NCBI RefSeq assembly: GCF_964213995.1
Contig: NC_135806.1
Location: 77,996,001-78,060,000, forward strand
Direction: 5' to 3'
Length of the DNA: 64,000 bases
From: Mustelus asterias
Lineage: Eukaryota
The notes beneath the pieces were generated by a model. It was not told where the DNA came from and ran no database searches. It saw only the letters and a list, made by a program, of their open reading frames with translations. Below, piece after piece: positions 24,748-37,307 of this stretch. A program made the translations under genes and the position numbers. Positions within the stretch are counted from its first letter, which is position 1, and each line of letters starts with the position of its first letter.

Positions 24748-27242
24748 TCTATTTCCAAGCCAGTTCTGTATCCATCTTGCCAGCTCTCTTCTGATCCCAT
24801 GTGACTTCACCTTTCGTACCAGTCTACCATGAGGTACCTTGTCAAAGGTTTTACTGAAGTCCATGTATATAACATCCACTGGCTTTCCCTCAGCTATCAT
24901 CTTCATCATTTCCTCGAAAAACTCGATCATGTTAGTGAGACACAACCTCCCCTTCACAAAACCATGCAGTCTATCACTAATAAGTCTATTTGTTTCCAAA
25001 TGTGAGTAAATCCTGTCCCTAAGAATCTTTTCCAATAATTTCCCTACCACTGACGTAAAGCTCACCAGCCTATAATTTCCTGGATTATCCCTGCTGCCCT
25101 TCTTAAACAACGGAACAACATTGGCTATTCTCCAGTCCTCTGGAACTTCACCTGTAGCCAATGAGGATACAAAGATTTCTGTCAAGATCCCAGCAATTTC
25201 TGCCCTTGCCTCCCTCAGTATTCTGGGGTAGATCCCATCAGGCCCCGGGGACTTATCTACTTGAATGTGTTTTAAGACGGCCATCACCTCCTCCTTTTTG
25301 ATATCAACATGACCCAGAATATCTACACACTCTACCATAGCTCCTCATCCACTAAGTCTTTCTCTTTGGTGAATACTGAGGCAAAGTAGTCATTTAGTAT
25401 TTCGCCCATTTCCTCTGGTTCCATGCATAGATTCCCTCCACTATCCTTTCCCTGGCTACCCTCTTGCTCTTTACATATGTATAAAATGCCTTAGGATTTT
25501 CCTTAATCCTGTTTGCCAAGGACTTTTCATGACCCATTTTAGCCCTCCTATCTCCTTCCTTAAGTTCCTTCCTACATTCTTTATATTCTTCAAGGGTTTG
25601 GGGTACAGGTGATGGTGGTTGAGAAGAGAGAGGAAGAATCGGATGTTGGTCAAAGAAAGTAATGTAGCCAACAGACTGTAGGGCTTGGGGAAGGGGTCTA
25701 ACGAGTAGCTTGTTGGGTCAGAAGGAAGCACTCATTCTCCTCCTGTCTCAAAGCAATGCAGTAAAGGCACGCATCTTATGAATTCAGTCGTTCTTACTAC
25801 ATCTCAGCTGCTGGGTTTCATCGAAGCATAGCTTACACAACGTAAAAATCAAACCATTGTTAAACTAAAGGCCTTATTATCATATGAAAAATTGAAAAGC
25901 TGCTTTTCACACGTGGACTGATCACTTGCCCCTTAAGACCAGGAATGGGCAGATAGTAGTCCTGACAATATTCCCTCTAAGTTGCATGGATGTGTGACAA
26001 ATCACACAAAGATCTTTGATAAGGATCCATGTAATAGCCTATTGAATAATGTCAGAGCATGAAGAATGGGACAATATAGAATAGAATAGATAGCTATCCA
26101 CTGAGAGAAGAGAATAGGGGTATAGAGTAACTATTCAGAACTGCATAACATGGAAAGTGAATGGATCACATGGATCAGTGCTGGGACTGCTGTTGCTCAC
26201 AATTTATGTTAATAATTTTGACTTGGAGAGATACACAATTTCTAAATTTTCAGAAGATGCCAAATTATTGTCAGGGGCAGGATAATCAATAATGAGGAAG
26301 AATGCAACAAATTAAATGTTAATGAGCATACAAAATGGACATATAATTGACAAATTAATTTTAATATAGATCAGCGACGTATTACATTTTGGTATCTTCT
26401 GCAATTCTGAACAGTTACTCTTTACCCCTACTCTCTCCTATCAGTATTTCAGCCAGAAAACTATCCATTCTGATACTTGTCCCAATTCCTCATTAGGCTA
26501 TTACGTGGAAACAGTTCAGAACCCTTTTGTAAGCTACATTTACTCTATTATGCTTGTCTGTCATCTGTTACCTCTTCAAAAAGTCAATGAGGTAGATCAA
26601 GCAAGACTTTCTCTTTTGAAATATGTGCTGACTATTCATTATTATATTTTTGGTTTCCATATGTGTTTATATTTTTTTCTTTAATAGGAATTCCATTTTC
26701 TTTTCACGTTAAGTTGACTTGTCTTTCATCCCCTGGATATGTTCTATTTCTCTTCATAAATATAAGTAGAATGTCAGCCCTCTGGAACTGCACCTTTTTC
26801 TAATGAATTACCAAATGTGTAATAGTGCCTTTTCTTTCTCTTCCCTAGTGCCTTTTAAAAGGCATGGATGTAATCCAACCAAATCAGGGGCTTTATCTTC
26901 CTTGAGTTTGATTTGTTAATTTAATTTTTCTCCTCTTCAGTTGAAATTGTAATATAATTTCTAATTTCATCTTCCATCTCCTTGGTAAATACAGAAGCAA
27001 AATAATTACTCAATATTTCTGTTGTTTCACTACGACTGCCTGAGATTCTATCCTGGCTGTCCTTTAGTGGTGCTATTCCCATTCAAACTTTCCTTTCTTT
27101 ATTTTTGTGTGTAGAATACCTCACCATTTTGTTTTATGTTCCTTCATAAATGAAGTTCATAGTTCCTGTTTATTTTCTTCCTAATTTCTCTCTATTATTT
27201 CTTGCCATGCTCTCCCCTGCTGCCCATGTACAAATTATATAT

Positions 27243-27385
27243 AAGCAAATTACTGCCGATGCTGGAATCTGAATTTGAAACAAAAACAGGAAATGCTGGA
27301 AAACCTCAGTAGGTCTGACAGCATCTGTGGAGAGAGAACAGAGTTACTGTTTTGAGTCTGGATGACCCATCAATTGAAGAGCTCT
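27243..27385 (-). mobile_element. Decayed pLTR fragment of a second Penelope-like family
   Basis: Homologous to 60064-60198. The hammerhead core is degenerate. A related fragment lies at ~16496-16575(+). Confidence 0.55.
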
Positions 27386-28223
27386 TTCCTAACCCTTGAT
27401 TTTTCCTTCTTATCTTCATTCATCCATGGTGGCAGGATTTTGGTGCTGATACAGCGACAGGAATGGAGGCAGGAAGATGGAGAATTTCCTGGTGCAGTGC
27501 CAGACCTTAGCCATTTTAATGGAAGCAGCAAATAGTTTGTTAACTCAATTTTAAAAATCAGTTAAGTACATTAATCAACTGGAATTTTCCAGTCTGGCTG
27601 TGGGCTTCCTATAGTGTCTGGAGCCCAGCAGTTGTTTGGAGGTGGCCTGCTGGCAATAGACCAGTGGTTGGGTCAGTACTCCAGCATCACTGAGGCTCCC
27701 TGCATCCATCATACCATTCTGCCCTCAGCGGCCGGTCACCCTGTGGAATGATGGGGTGGGGGGAGGGGGGTGGAGGTGGGATCAGGATATTGAATATGAT
27801 AAGCCATGATCAAAACGAACAGTGGAGCAGGCTTGAAGGGCCAAATGGCCTACTCCTGCTTCTATTTTCTATGTTTCGTATGTTTCAATGTTTCCTTTCC
27901 TCAATGCTGGTCCAGAGACTGAGGCCACTACTTCATTTTTATAAGAAACAGTGAGAGTGCATATCAAGATCAAGGTGCCATCTCTCTCTTCCGCTTACAT
28001 GCAACTCCTGCTGCTGCTCCTTCAGTGCTGGAGGCCGTGTTGTTGGTCCAACTTCGAGAGCTCACCTATTTTTCTTAATTTGATGGTGAATGCAAGCACT
28101 GCCAAATAATTGGCTAATCCAATAAACATCGCTATTGGGTAGCTGTTCCTTTCACAGTGTGGGTGTCAGGAATATTTGATCCCACCTTTGAAGACCCCAA
28201 TCCCAATGTGAAAACCTACCAAT

Positions 28224-28352
28224 GGGCCGGTATTTTACTGTCCCGCCTGCCACGGGAATCGGAGCGAGCGAGGGGTGGACCATGGAACGTTCCATTGACC
28301 TCGGGCGGGATTTTACGGTTTCGGGACGAGTGAGACTGTAAAATCTCGCTCC
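28224..28352. mobile_element. ~130-bp MITE
   Basis: Imperfect TIRs GGGCCGGTATTTTAC / GTAAAATCTCGCTCC. CpG-rich against an AT-rich flank. Confidence 0.6.
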
Positions 28353-28496
28353 ATGGTGTCTCATTTGTGTTTTCTTTGTTCATGTTTCTTAAGCGGAATA
28401 TGTGTTTCCTTGTCTTTGTTACACTGTTTTAAAAGCTTCCCATTGCTATTCTATATCATTGTTTACCAATATTGTTGTCTGTTTTATTTTCACCCC

Positions 28497-28833
28497 GGCA
28501 CGGTAGCACAGTGGTTAGCACTGCTGCTTCACAGCTCCAGGGTCCCCGGTTCGATTCCCGGCTTGGGTCACTGTCTGTGTGGAGTTTGCACATTCTCCTC
28601 GTGTTTGCGTGGGTTTCCTCCGGGTGCTCCGGTTTCCTCCCACAGTCCAAAGATGTGCGGGTTAGGTTGATTGGCCAGGTTAAAAATTGCCCCTTAGAGT
28701 CCTGAGATGCGTAGGTTAGAGGGGTTAACGGGTAAATATGTGGGGGTAGGGCCTGGGTGGGATTGTGGTCAGTGCAGACTCGATGGGCCGAATGGCCTCC
28801 TTCTGCACTGTAGGGTTTCTATGGGTTTCTATG
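28497..28833 (+). mobile_element. HE1-type V-SINE (young)
   Basis: B-box GGTTCGATTCC, V-domain and TTTCTATG tail. Confidence 0.92.
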
Positions 28834-29064
28834 AAAGTCTCTATCAAGCTTCTTTCCTCAATTCTTATTCTCTCATAGAAATCATAGATTCCTTAACTCT
28901 CAAAAATTAGCATCTGCGTGCCTCTACTGATCTCTTAGTCATCAAGGTTGCCTTCCTAGTGCTAGGGCTATTTACACCTGATCTTATCTAGATGTCTGCT
29001 ATTCTTGTTACTGGGATAAAGGAAGCATCTCATCATCTTCTTTGAATGTTGGCTATAGCTGTCG

Positions 29065-31713
29065 CACAACACCAGGTTAAAGTCCCACAGGTTTATTTGG
29101 TAGCAAAAGCCACTAGCTTTCAGAGCGCTTGCTGCTCCTTCGTCAGGTGAGTGGGAGTTCTGTTCACAAACAGGGCATACAAAGACACAAACTCAATTTA
29201 CATAGAACAGTACAGCACAGAACAGGCCCTTCGGCCCACGATGTTGTGCCGAGCTTTATCTGAAACCAAGATCAAGCTATCCCACTCCCTATCATCCTGG
29301 TGTGCTCCATGTGCCTATCCAATAACCGCTTAAATGTTTCTAAAGTGTCTGACTCCACTATCACTGCAGGCAGTCCATTCCACACCCCAACCACTCTCTG
29401 CGTAAAGAACCTACCTCTGATATCCGTCCTGTATCTCCCACCACGAACCCTATAGTTATGCCCCCTTGTAATAGCTCCATCCACCCGAGGAAATAGTCTT
29501 TGAACGTTCACTCTATCTATCCCCTTCATCATTTTATACACCTCTATCAAGTCTCCCCTCAGCCTCCTCCGCTCCAGAGAGAACAGCCCTAGCTCCTTCA
29601 ACCTTTCCTCATATGACCTACCCTCCAAACCAGGCAGCATCCTGGTAAATCTCCTCTGCACTCTTTCCAGCGCTTCCACATCCTTCTTATAGTGAGGTGA
29701 CCAGAACTGCACACAATATTCCAAATGTGGTCTCACCAAGGTCCTGTACAGTTGCAGCATAACCCCACGGCTCTTAAACTCCAACCCCCTGTTAATAAAA
29801 GCTAACACACTATAGGCCTTCTTCACAGCTCTATCCACTTGACTGGCAACCTTTAGAGATCTGTGGATATGGACCCCAAGATCTCTCTGTTCCTCCACAG
29901 TCTTCAGAACCCTACCTTTGACCCTGTAATCCACATTTAAATTAGTCCTACCAAAATGAATCACCTCACATTTATCAGGGTTAAACTCCATTTGCCATTT
30001 TTCAGCCCAGCTTTGCATCCTATCTATGTCTCTTTGCAGCCTACAACAGCCCTCCACCTCATCCACTACTCCACCAATCTTGGTGTCATCAGCAAATTTA
30101 CTGATCCACCCTTCAGCCCCCTCCTCTAAGTCATTAATAAAAATCACAAAGAGCAGAGGACCAAGCACTGATCCCTGCGGCACACCGCTAGCAACCTGCC
30201 TCCAATCCGAAAATTTTCCATCGACCACCACCCTCTGTCTTCGGTCAGACAGCCAGTTACCTATCCAATCGGCCAACTTTCCCTCTATCCCACACCTCCT
30301 CACTTTCATCATAAGCCGACCATGGGGGACCTTATCAAACGCCTTACTAAAATCCATGTATATGACATCAACTGCCCTACCTTCATCAACACACTTAGTT
30401 ACCTCCTCAAAAAATTCTATCAAATTTGTGAGGCACGACTTGCCCTTCACGAATCCGTGCTGACTATCTCGGATTAATCCGCATCTTTCTAAATGGTCGT
30501 AAATCCCATCCCTAAGGACCCTTTCCATCAATTTACCAACCACCGAAGTAAGACTAACCGGTCTATAATTACCAGGGTCATTTCTATTCCCTTTCTTAAA
30601 CAGAGGAACAACATTCGCCATTCTCCAGTCCTCTGGCACCATCCCCGTGGACAGCGAGGACCCAAAGATCAACGCCAAAGGCTCTGCAATCTCATCCCTT
30701 GCCTCCCACAGAATCCTAGGATACATTTCATCAGGCCCAGGGGACTTATCGACCTTCAGTTTATTCAAAACTGCCAAGACATCCTCCCTCCGAACATCTA
30801 TTTCCTCCAGCCTATTAGCCTGTAACACCTTCTCTTCCTCAAAAACATGGCCCCTCTCCTTGGTGAACACTGAAGAAAAGTATTCATTCATCACCTCGCC
30901 TATCTCTACTGACTCCATACACAAGTTCCCACTACTGTCCTTGACCGGCCCTAACCTCACCCTGGTCATTCTTTTATTCCTCACATAAGAGTAAAAAGCC
31001 TTGGGGTTTTCCTTGATCCGACCCGCCAAGGACTTCTCATGTCCCCTCCTAGCTCTCCTAAGCCCCTTTTTCAGCTCATTCCTTGCTAACTTGTAACCCT
31101 CAATCGAGCCATCTGAACCTTGTTTCCTCATCCCTACATAAGCTTCCCTCTTCCTTTTCACAAGACATTCCACCTCTTTTGTGAACCATGGTTCCCTCAC
31201 TCGGCCATTTCCTCACTGCCTGACAGGAACATACCTATCAAGGACATCCAGTATTTGTTCCTTGAAAAAGTTCCACTTTTCATTAGTTCCTTTCTCTGAC
31301 AGTTTCTGTTCCCAACTTATGCCCCCTAATTCTTGCCTAATCGCATCATAATTTGCAAGACCCCCACCCCCCCCCCCCCCCCCCCCCCCCGGACTTGCAA
31401 AATCTCACTAACTGTCCTGTCTGGAGACAATACACATCTCTTTAATCTGTGCTTAACGCTCCCTCCATTCACATTGTCTGTACCTTTGAGACTTGATTAC
31501 CTGTAAAGACTCGCATTTCAACCAAATGATTTTGTAACTTGAGTTTGTGTCTTTGTATGCCCTGTTTGTGAACAGAACTCCCACTCACCTGACGAAGGAG
31601 CAGCGCTCTGAAAGCTAGTGGCTTTTGCTATCAAATAAACCTGTTGGACTTTAACCTGGTGTTGTGAGACTTCTTACTGTGTTTACCCCAGTCCAACGCT
31701 GGCACCTCCACAT
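29065..31713. mobile_element. Fold-back Penelope-like derivative C, interrupted by a CR1
   Basis: Left arm 29065-29200, poly-C spacer, right arm and tail 31393-31713. TSD TATAGCTGTC. Hammerhead motifs at 29111-29149(-) and 31586-31620(+). Confidence 0.85.
29201..31351 (-). mobile_element. Young 5'-truncated CR1 LINE with an uninterrupted 642-aa ORF2 (RT) segment
   Basis: ORF 29272..31200 contains all RT motifs ([25 protein letters not shown]) followed by the 3'UTR and GTTCTATG tail. Confidence 0.96.
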
Positions 31714-34700
31714 TATAGCTGTCACCAGACATATTCTCCCCCGATGCTGGGTAGATTACACATTATCACTCCCTTTATTAATTCTGGGTCCTGCTGTTAC
31801 CAGGCAAATCCATTACATTATCTTAAATCATACTGGTCACTACAGCCTAGATATTCACCTACTTTTCAATTCCCATTACTAGATCCAGCAGCAAATCCTT
31901 CCTTGAAGGAATTCTTACATATTGAGTTGGAATAGAGTCCTATACAAATTATAAGTGCACCATAGCCTTATTCCATTTACACAGCCCTGCTGGATAATGA
32001 ATTCCAGGCTGTTTGAAATTCCCCTAAAATTATCTTGTGTTTTTTTTAAAACTTATTTTCCTAATTTGGATGCACATTTCTTGCTCTACCATTCTTTCAC
32101 TATTAGGTGTTTTATACTCCACTCCTATTAGTAGGATTGATTTTTATCATTTTTTTTCTTCACATGCTATCTATTTTAGTCTTACTAATAGCTGTGTCAC
32201 TTATTTCTTCTGTTATTATTTCCATTAAATCATTTCTATTTTTCTTTTCTGAAGTTGCATGTCCTGCAATATTTAGTTCCCAGGTTTAACTTTTCTGTGG
32301 CCATATCTCAGTAATCTTTACTGTATCTGCTTCATCACAATGTATCATTGTCTTGGATTCTCCTATTTTATTGCAGATATTGTATGCATTGCTGTAGATA
32401 GTTTAACTCATTCTTAATGGCAGTTCCTCCTACTTTATTTTTAACCTTTTTTTGATTCCTGTTCTATAACTATTATTTCCCTGGTAATTTTTGTTGAGCC
32501 TTCTGTTGATTGATAAGAGATCTTAGATGCATCGCAGCTAAACATTTGCAACCTTTAGGCTAATGGTTGCCTGGAGTGGAAAAGGCAATGCTGATAAGAA
32601 ATGTAAGTCTACTGATGTAAAACAAGTTAAGAGATAACATTGTTTCCATACAAATCATCAGTCAGGCCTCCATCTGGAGCAGATCGTGCAGATCTGGTTA
32701 CCTAACTAAAAGTGTACTCTTGCTTTCAAGGGAGCACAAAGACATGAAACCAGAATCATTGTGGCAACAGAATCAAATCAAGAAAGGTTAAAGAAATTGG
32801 GCTTGTTTTCTTTGTAAAAAGAGTTCTGAATGACTTGAACAGTCAAGATTATGAAAAGGATTAGCAAAATGAAACCCAGCAAATTGTTCAAAATTGTAAA
32901 AGGTTCAAATATTGGTGACACAAGTTAAAAATGAGGAAGTTCAAAACAACTTCCTGTTCACAAGTCAGGTTGTTGAGTGCTGAGTCTTCATTTTGGGACC
33001 AAAATGAATCATGGAAAAATACAATATCCTGGCTTTACCCAAGTTTATTTATTTAAAAAGTGGACCTTGCTGAACCAAATGATGGCTGCAACATGATTCA
33101 CAAGTTGGCCAGAGTTTCCATAAATTTCTAACAGCATTGACAGGATAAAAGTTCAACTCTCATTCTTGTGGAATCTCATTATGAGGATACATTACAATCA
33201 AAGAGATCAGGGGCCAGCAGACAACTTGTTTCGATAACAAAGGGAGAGGCATTGAACCTTATTAAACCTGCAGAGGTGTTCAAAGTCACCATCTATCTCC
33301 CACGATAAACAATGGATTTTGACCAGAGGCACAAAAACTGCTCGTTAGCCTGCAACTGTCTAATTAATGGGCCACATCACATGACTGGCCTTTGCAAAGT
33401 TTTAATGTTCCAGACTCACAACTGAGTCTGCTATTTAAACTCAAGCCTGCAACAGTAAAGCAGGACTCCAGGCTGACCAACAGCCTGCATCAAGACTACA
33501 TTCCTTCCATTGCCCGCTGAACAGACTGAGTCTCCGGATGCCAACCTAATTTTGCTGTATCACCATCAACTTTAAAGGAATTCTGCAAAGTCCTCTTTCA
33601 GCTAGCTAAACTGTTGCTCCTCCGTGAAAGAACCCTCACTGGACTTTTATTTTCTGCACTCTGGCAATCCAGTGAAATGATAACCATATCTTTCTATAGT
33701 GCTTTTTCTTTTAATTTACTCATAGGTGCAAAAACTCCTCTTTTCTCTCTTCTCATTGTGTGCGTGTATATGAAGTTGCAACCATTCCCCAGGTTTGAAT
33801 GTGTGAATAAACTTTACTTCTGAATTAACCTGAAAGTAAGTTTGAGAGAAAATAAAAGAGTTCAGTTTTGTCCAGGAATTGTGGCAATTTGAGCTTAAGT
33901 GAGCTACATGTGGAAATACATTTGGTGAAATCTTCTATCCCCCAGGAGTCAAGGAAGAAAATGGGAGGGCCTGAAAATTAGGTTGATGTGTGGGCCAATA
34001 CCCAACGCCTTCTTACCTCTTCTGGAAGTGTCGGGTTTTCCTTCCTTTAAGGAAGGAAATCTGCTTTTCTTACCTGGTCTGTCCTACATGCGTCCCCAGA
34101 GCCACAGCAATGTGATTAACTCACAACCACCCTCAGCCAGCAACGCCCATGTGCCACGAATGAATTTTTAAAAAGTAACTTCTGGATGGGAAGGTTCATG
34201 GTCAATTTTCTTGATTTGCTTCAATTCAAAGCCTTTAATGGGACAGGGGGTGGCCACCGACAGCCACCTCCTGCCCTTGCTGCTCACCCCCATGGCCCCC
34301 TCCACCCTGCGAGACCCAGATATGGGATGGGGAGGAGGGGGGGTGGGTAAGAGAGGTCTAATTCCATTTCTCACCACTGTATAGTTGACTCATTACTAAC
34401 ATTTTACTGAATATTTAAGGAACTATCTCACTGGAGCAATCAGACATATCCATCAAATGTCAAGGAAACTGTATTTCAATCACTGTTGAAACTTTAAAAA
34501 CATTATCACCAAGGTAAATAGTTAATCAATTTTGATAAGTGCATATTTTGAAATTAATGTTGATATGACAGGATTCAATATGCAATTACATGCTGCCACA
34601 GAATCTATTGAACAATTACTATCTAAAACAAAGCAGAACACCATATCCAACTCATTAACTTATTTCAGCTGTGTACTACATATCAATTCAAAATCTATTT

Positions 34701-34789
34701 ATTTGGAAGCAGATTAACATGCTGCTTGATTGCATGGCTGGAACTGACAGATCATTGGACAAAGGTTAACTAACTATGACACTGCCATA

Positions 34790-35450
34790 GTTCAATATTT
34801 TCTACTCCTAGGGACAGGAGTAGGCCCTTTAGCCCTTCAGGCTTTCTCTGCCATTTGATAAGATCATACTTATTTGGTTGCAGCCTCAACTCCACTTTCC
34901 TATTTGCCCCCAATGACCATTGACTCCTTTGTCTGTCAAAAATCTACCTAACTCATAAATTCAATGACCCAACCTCCACCGCTTTCTAGGGAACAGAATT
35001 CCAGAGTAACAACCCTCCAGAGGAAAAGAAAATCCACATCTCTATCTTATTTTGTCCCATAGTTCTCGTCTGCCCCACAAGAGAAATAATCTTCCCAGCA
35101 TCTACCCTGTTAAAGTCCATCAGGATCTTTTTAATTAGATTACCTCCCATTCCTCTCAACTCCAATAGATATAGGTCCAACCTGTTCAACATTTTTTCAT
35201 AAGAATTTGATCTCAAGAATCAGTCGAGTGAACCTTCTCTGAACTGCTTCGAATGTAATTATATTATTTTTGAAGAGGAGTCCAAAACCCTACACAGCAT
35301 TCCAGATGTAGTCTAACCAAGGCCCTGTACAAATGCTGTAAAAATTCCCCATTTTTATATTCCATTCCCCTTGCAATAAATGGCAATACTCAATTTGTCT
35401 TCCTCATCACTTGCTGTATCTGCATACTAAAACTTTGTAATTCATGCACA
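34790..35450 (-). mobile_element. Decayed CR1 3' fragment
   Basis: Remnant SYEKMLNRLDLYLLE..WNSVP plus CR1 3'UTR. Confidence 0.65.
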
Positions 35451-35537
35451 AATTTCAATTCTTGTGAGTGCCGAAAAACACAGAGGTCCTGCAGTGTTCT
35501 CATCAGTTTAGTCAGATTCATAACTGAAAATTAATTT

Positions 35538-35886
35538 CATAGAAATCAGAGAAACCCTACAGTACAGAAAGAGGCCATTCGGCCCATCGAGTCTGCACCG
35601 ACCACAATCCCACCCCAGGCCCTACCCCCATATCCCTACATATTTTACCCACTAATCCCTCTAACCTACGCATCTCAGGACACTAAGAGGGAATTTTAGC
35701 ATAGCCAATCAACCTAACCCGCACATCTTTGGACTGTGGGAGGAAACCGGAGCACCCGGAGGAAACCCACTCAGACACGAGGAGAATGTGCAAACTCCAC
35801 ACAGACAGTGACCCAAGCCGGAAATCAAACCCAGGTCCCTGGAGCTGTTAAGCAGCAGTGCTAACCACTGTGCTACCGTGCTACCA
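35538..35886 (-). mobile_element. HE1-type V-SINE
   Basis: Reverse complement closely matches 28497-28833. Confidence 0.92.
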
Positions 35887-36429
35887 TACAATTATTTGAA
35901 ATAATTGTGGGTGAGTAAACCACAATGATGCCTTAAACTCTTATGGCTTTAATGTCAAGTGTTATCTTCTGAAAGTAACACAGTATTCTGAAGAAATGGA
36001 ATCCTCTCCCTAAAAGGCCAATTTTCATTTACAATTTTTAAAAAAAGGTTCACAACATACACAAGCTTCAGCTAACTTTTGTAACTATTGTAAAGCTTCA
36101 CTGACCACCAAAAATGCTGCTTTCTCAACTGGATTTAGTGAAGCGCACAATGGTGCAGCATTTCCATGTATAATTGCTAGGCAATCTGTTAGCTTTTTTA
36201 AAATTAAAGATGAAATAGCTTTTAGCAATATAGTTTTATTCTACAGCAGTACTGAAATTCCTTTGGAATCTCATTGGAATAGAAGTCATAAATTACTGTT
36301 AAAAAAAAACCCAGAGTAAATGAACAAAAATTTGACTCTGAAGTACAAAGAAAAAGTACCCAACCATTTTCCTTTTTTCCTAATCTCCATTTTTAAAACA
36401 TTTATAAACAATTGCGATAGTTCACTTAC

Positions 36430-37307
36430 CAGCAAAGAAATCTGTCCTTCTTTGACTATATTTAAAATGCTTTTAATGTTTTTTGCTTCATCACTGGTCT
36501 CTCCAGGTCGTCCCATACTAATCCCATTTTTATTGCTGTTTCCTTCTTCTAGCTTGCTTTCTTTTGGGTTTTGCAGAGACAATGTCCTTGGTCGAGAGTT
36601 TGGCACAGTACCACCAACCTTCTGTCCATGTGAATTAACAAACAAACTTGAAGTTCTGCTGGTCAAATTTTTACCCTCCACTTCAGCATTCTGTATTGTA
36701 TCACAGCCATCTGTTGATTGGGAGTTCTCTAAGCTGCCAGGTACATGTCTATGATGGTTTGTGACAACTGCTTTAGCTTTTTTTAACTCCAAGCTATTTA
36801 CTGGTGACAGAATACAAAACTGTGTCAAGTTGGTTGGCGAGTTCCCATGCTTCACTGTTGAACAGATCCTGCTGCCATCATCGCTCATTTCCATGCCTGA
36901 CTGATTCTCTGAGGCAACTTTTGTTAAAGGGCTACATCTCTGAGAAGGAAAGTGGTTTAATTTAATATAAGGCACATCCAAAATTTCATCCATATCCAAA
37001 TCATAGTGCTCAAGTTCACCAAGCAAAGTGCTGCTGCCAGTGTCTTTGATCTTAAAACACTGTCCATTGTTGTGACACAAAGTATTACGATCACTTGGAT
37101 TTTCAGCATCATCTTGCTTTTTGTAGTCATCTTTGAGTTCATGCTGTTCAATATCTCTATCACTTTCAGTGTTTTCTGGTTGGTGCTTTAGAGGTGAAAC
37201 TCTTTTCACAGGTCTGAATTTGCTGTACACATCTGTGGTGCCTTTGGCTTTTATTCCACTGGTAATTGATGATGATGTACCTCCAGAAGGCCAGTTTGAA
37301 CTAGAAA
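36430..37307 (-). CDS. SNCAIP: Synphilin-1 large third coding exon (VSSSNW...DVYSKFRPVKRVSPLKHQPE...ELEHYDLDMDEILDVPYIK...SILNIVKEGQISLL)
   Basis: 878-nt open frame that overlaps ORF 36286..37230. AG at 37309-37308 and GTAAGT donor at 36429. Contains diagnostic synphilin-1 motifs. Confidence 0.96.

Larger units (their letters stand above)
19463..25597 (-). mobile_element. Host CR1 LINE (pieces 19463-20395, 24524-24645, 24748-25597) split by two later insertions
   Basis: ORFs 19532..20032, 19942..20253, 24367..24588 and 24745..25338 form one collinear ORF2. The sequence is contiguous across both insertion points. Confidence 0.9.

Noticed and set aside
28497-28570. tRNA-like A/B boxes here and in other copies
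   Set aside because: These are SINE heads and not complete tRNA genes.
31361-31390. Poly-C run (also poly-G at ~3965-4002)
   Set aside because: Homopolymer expansions inside repeats whose length is unreliable in assemblies. No independent evidence of function.
36286-36429. C-terminal part of the 314-aa ORF (VSELSQLF...NSNL)
   Set aside because: Read-through into the intron past the GTAAGT donor at 36429. The ORF's listed start is a GTG inside the exon.
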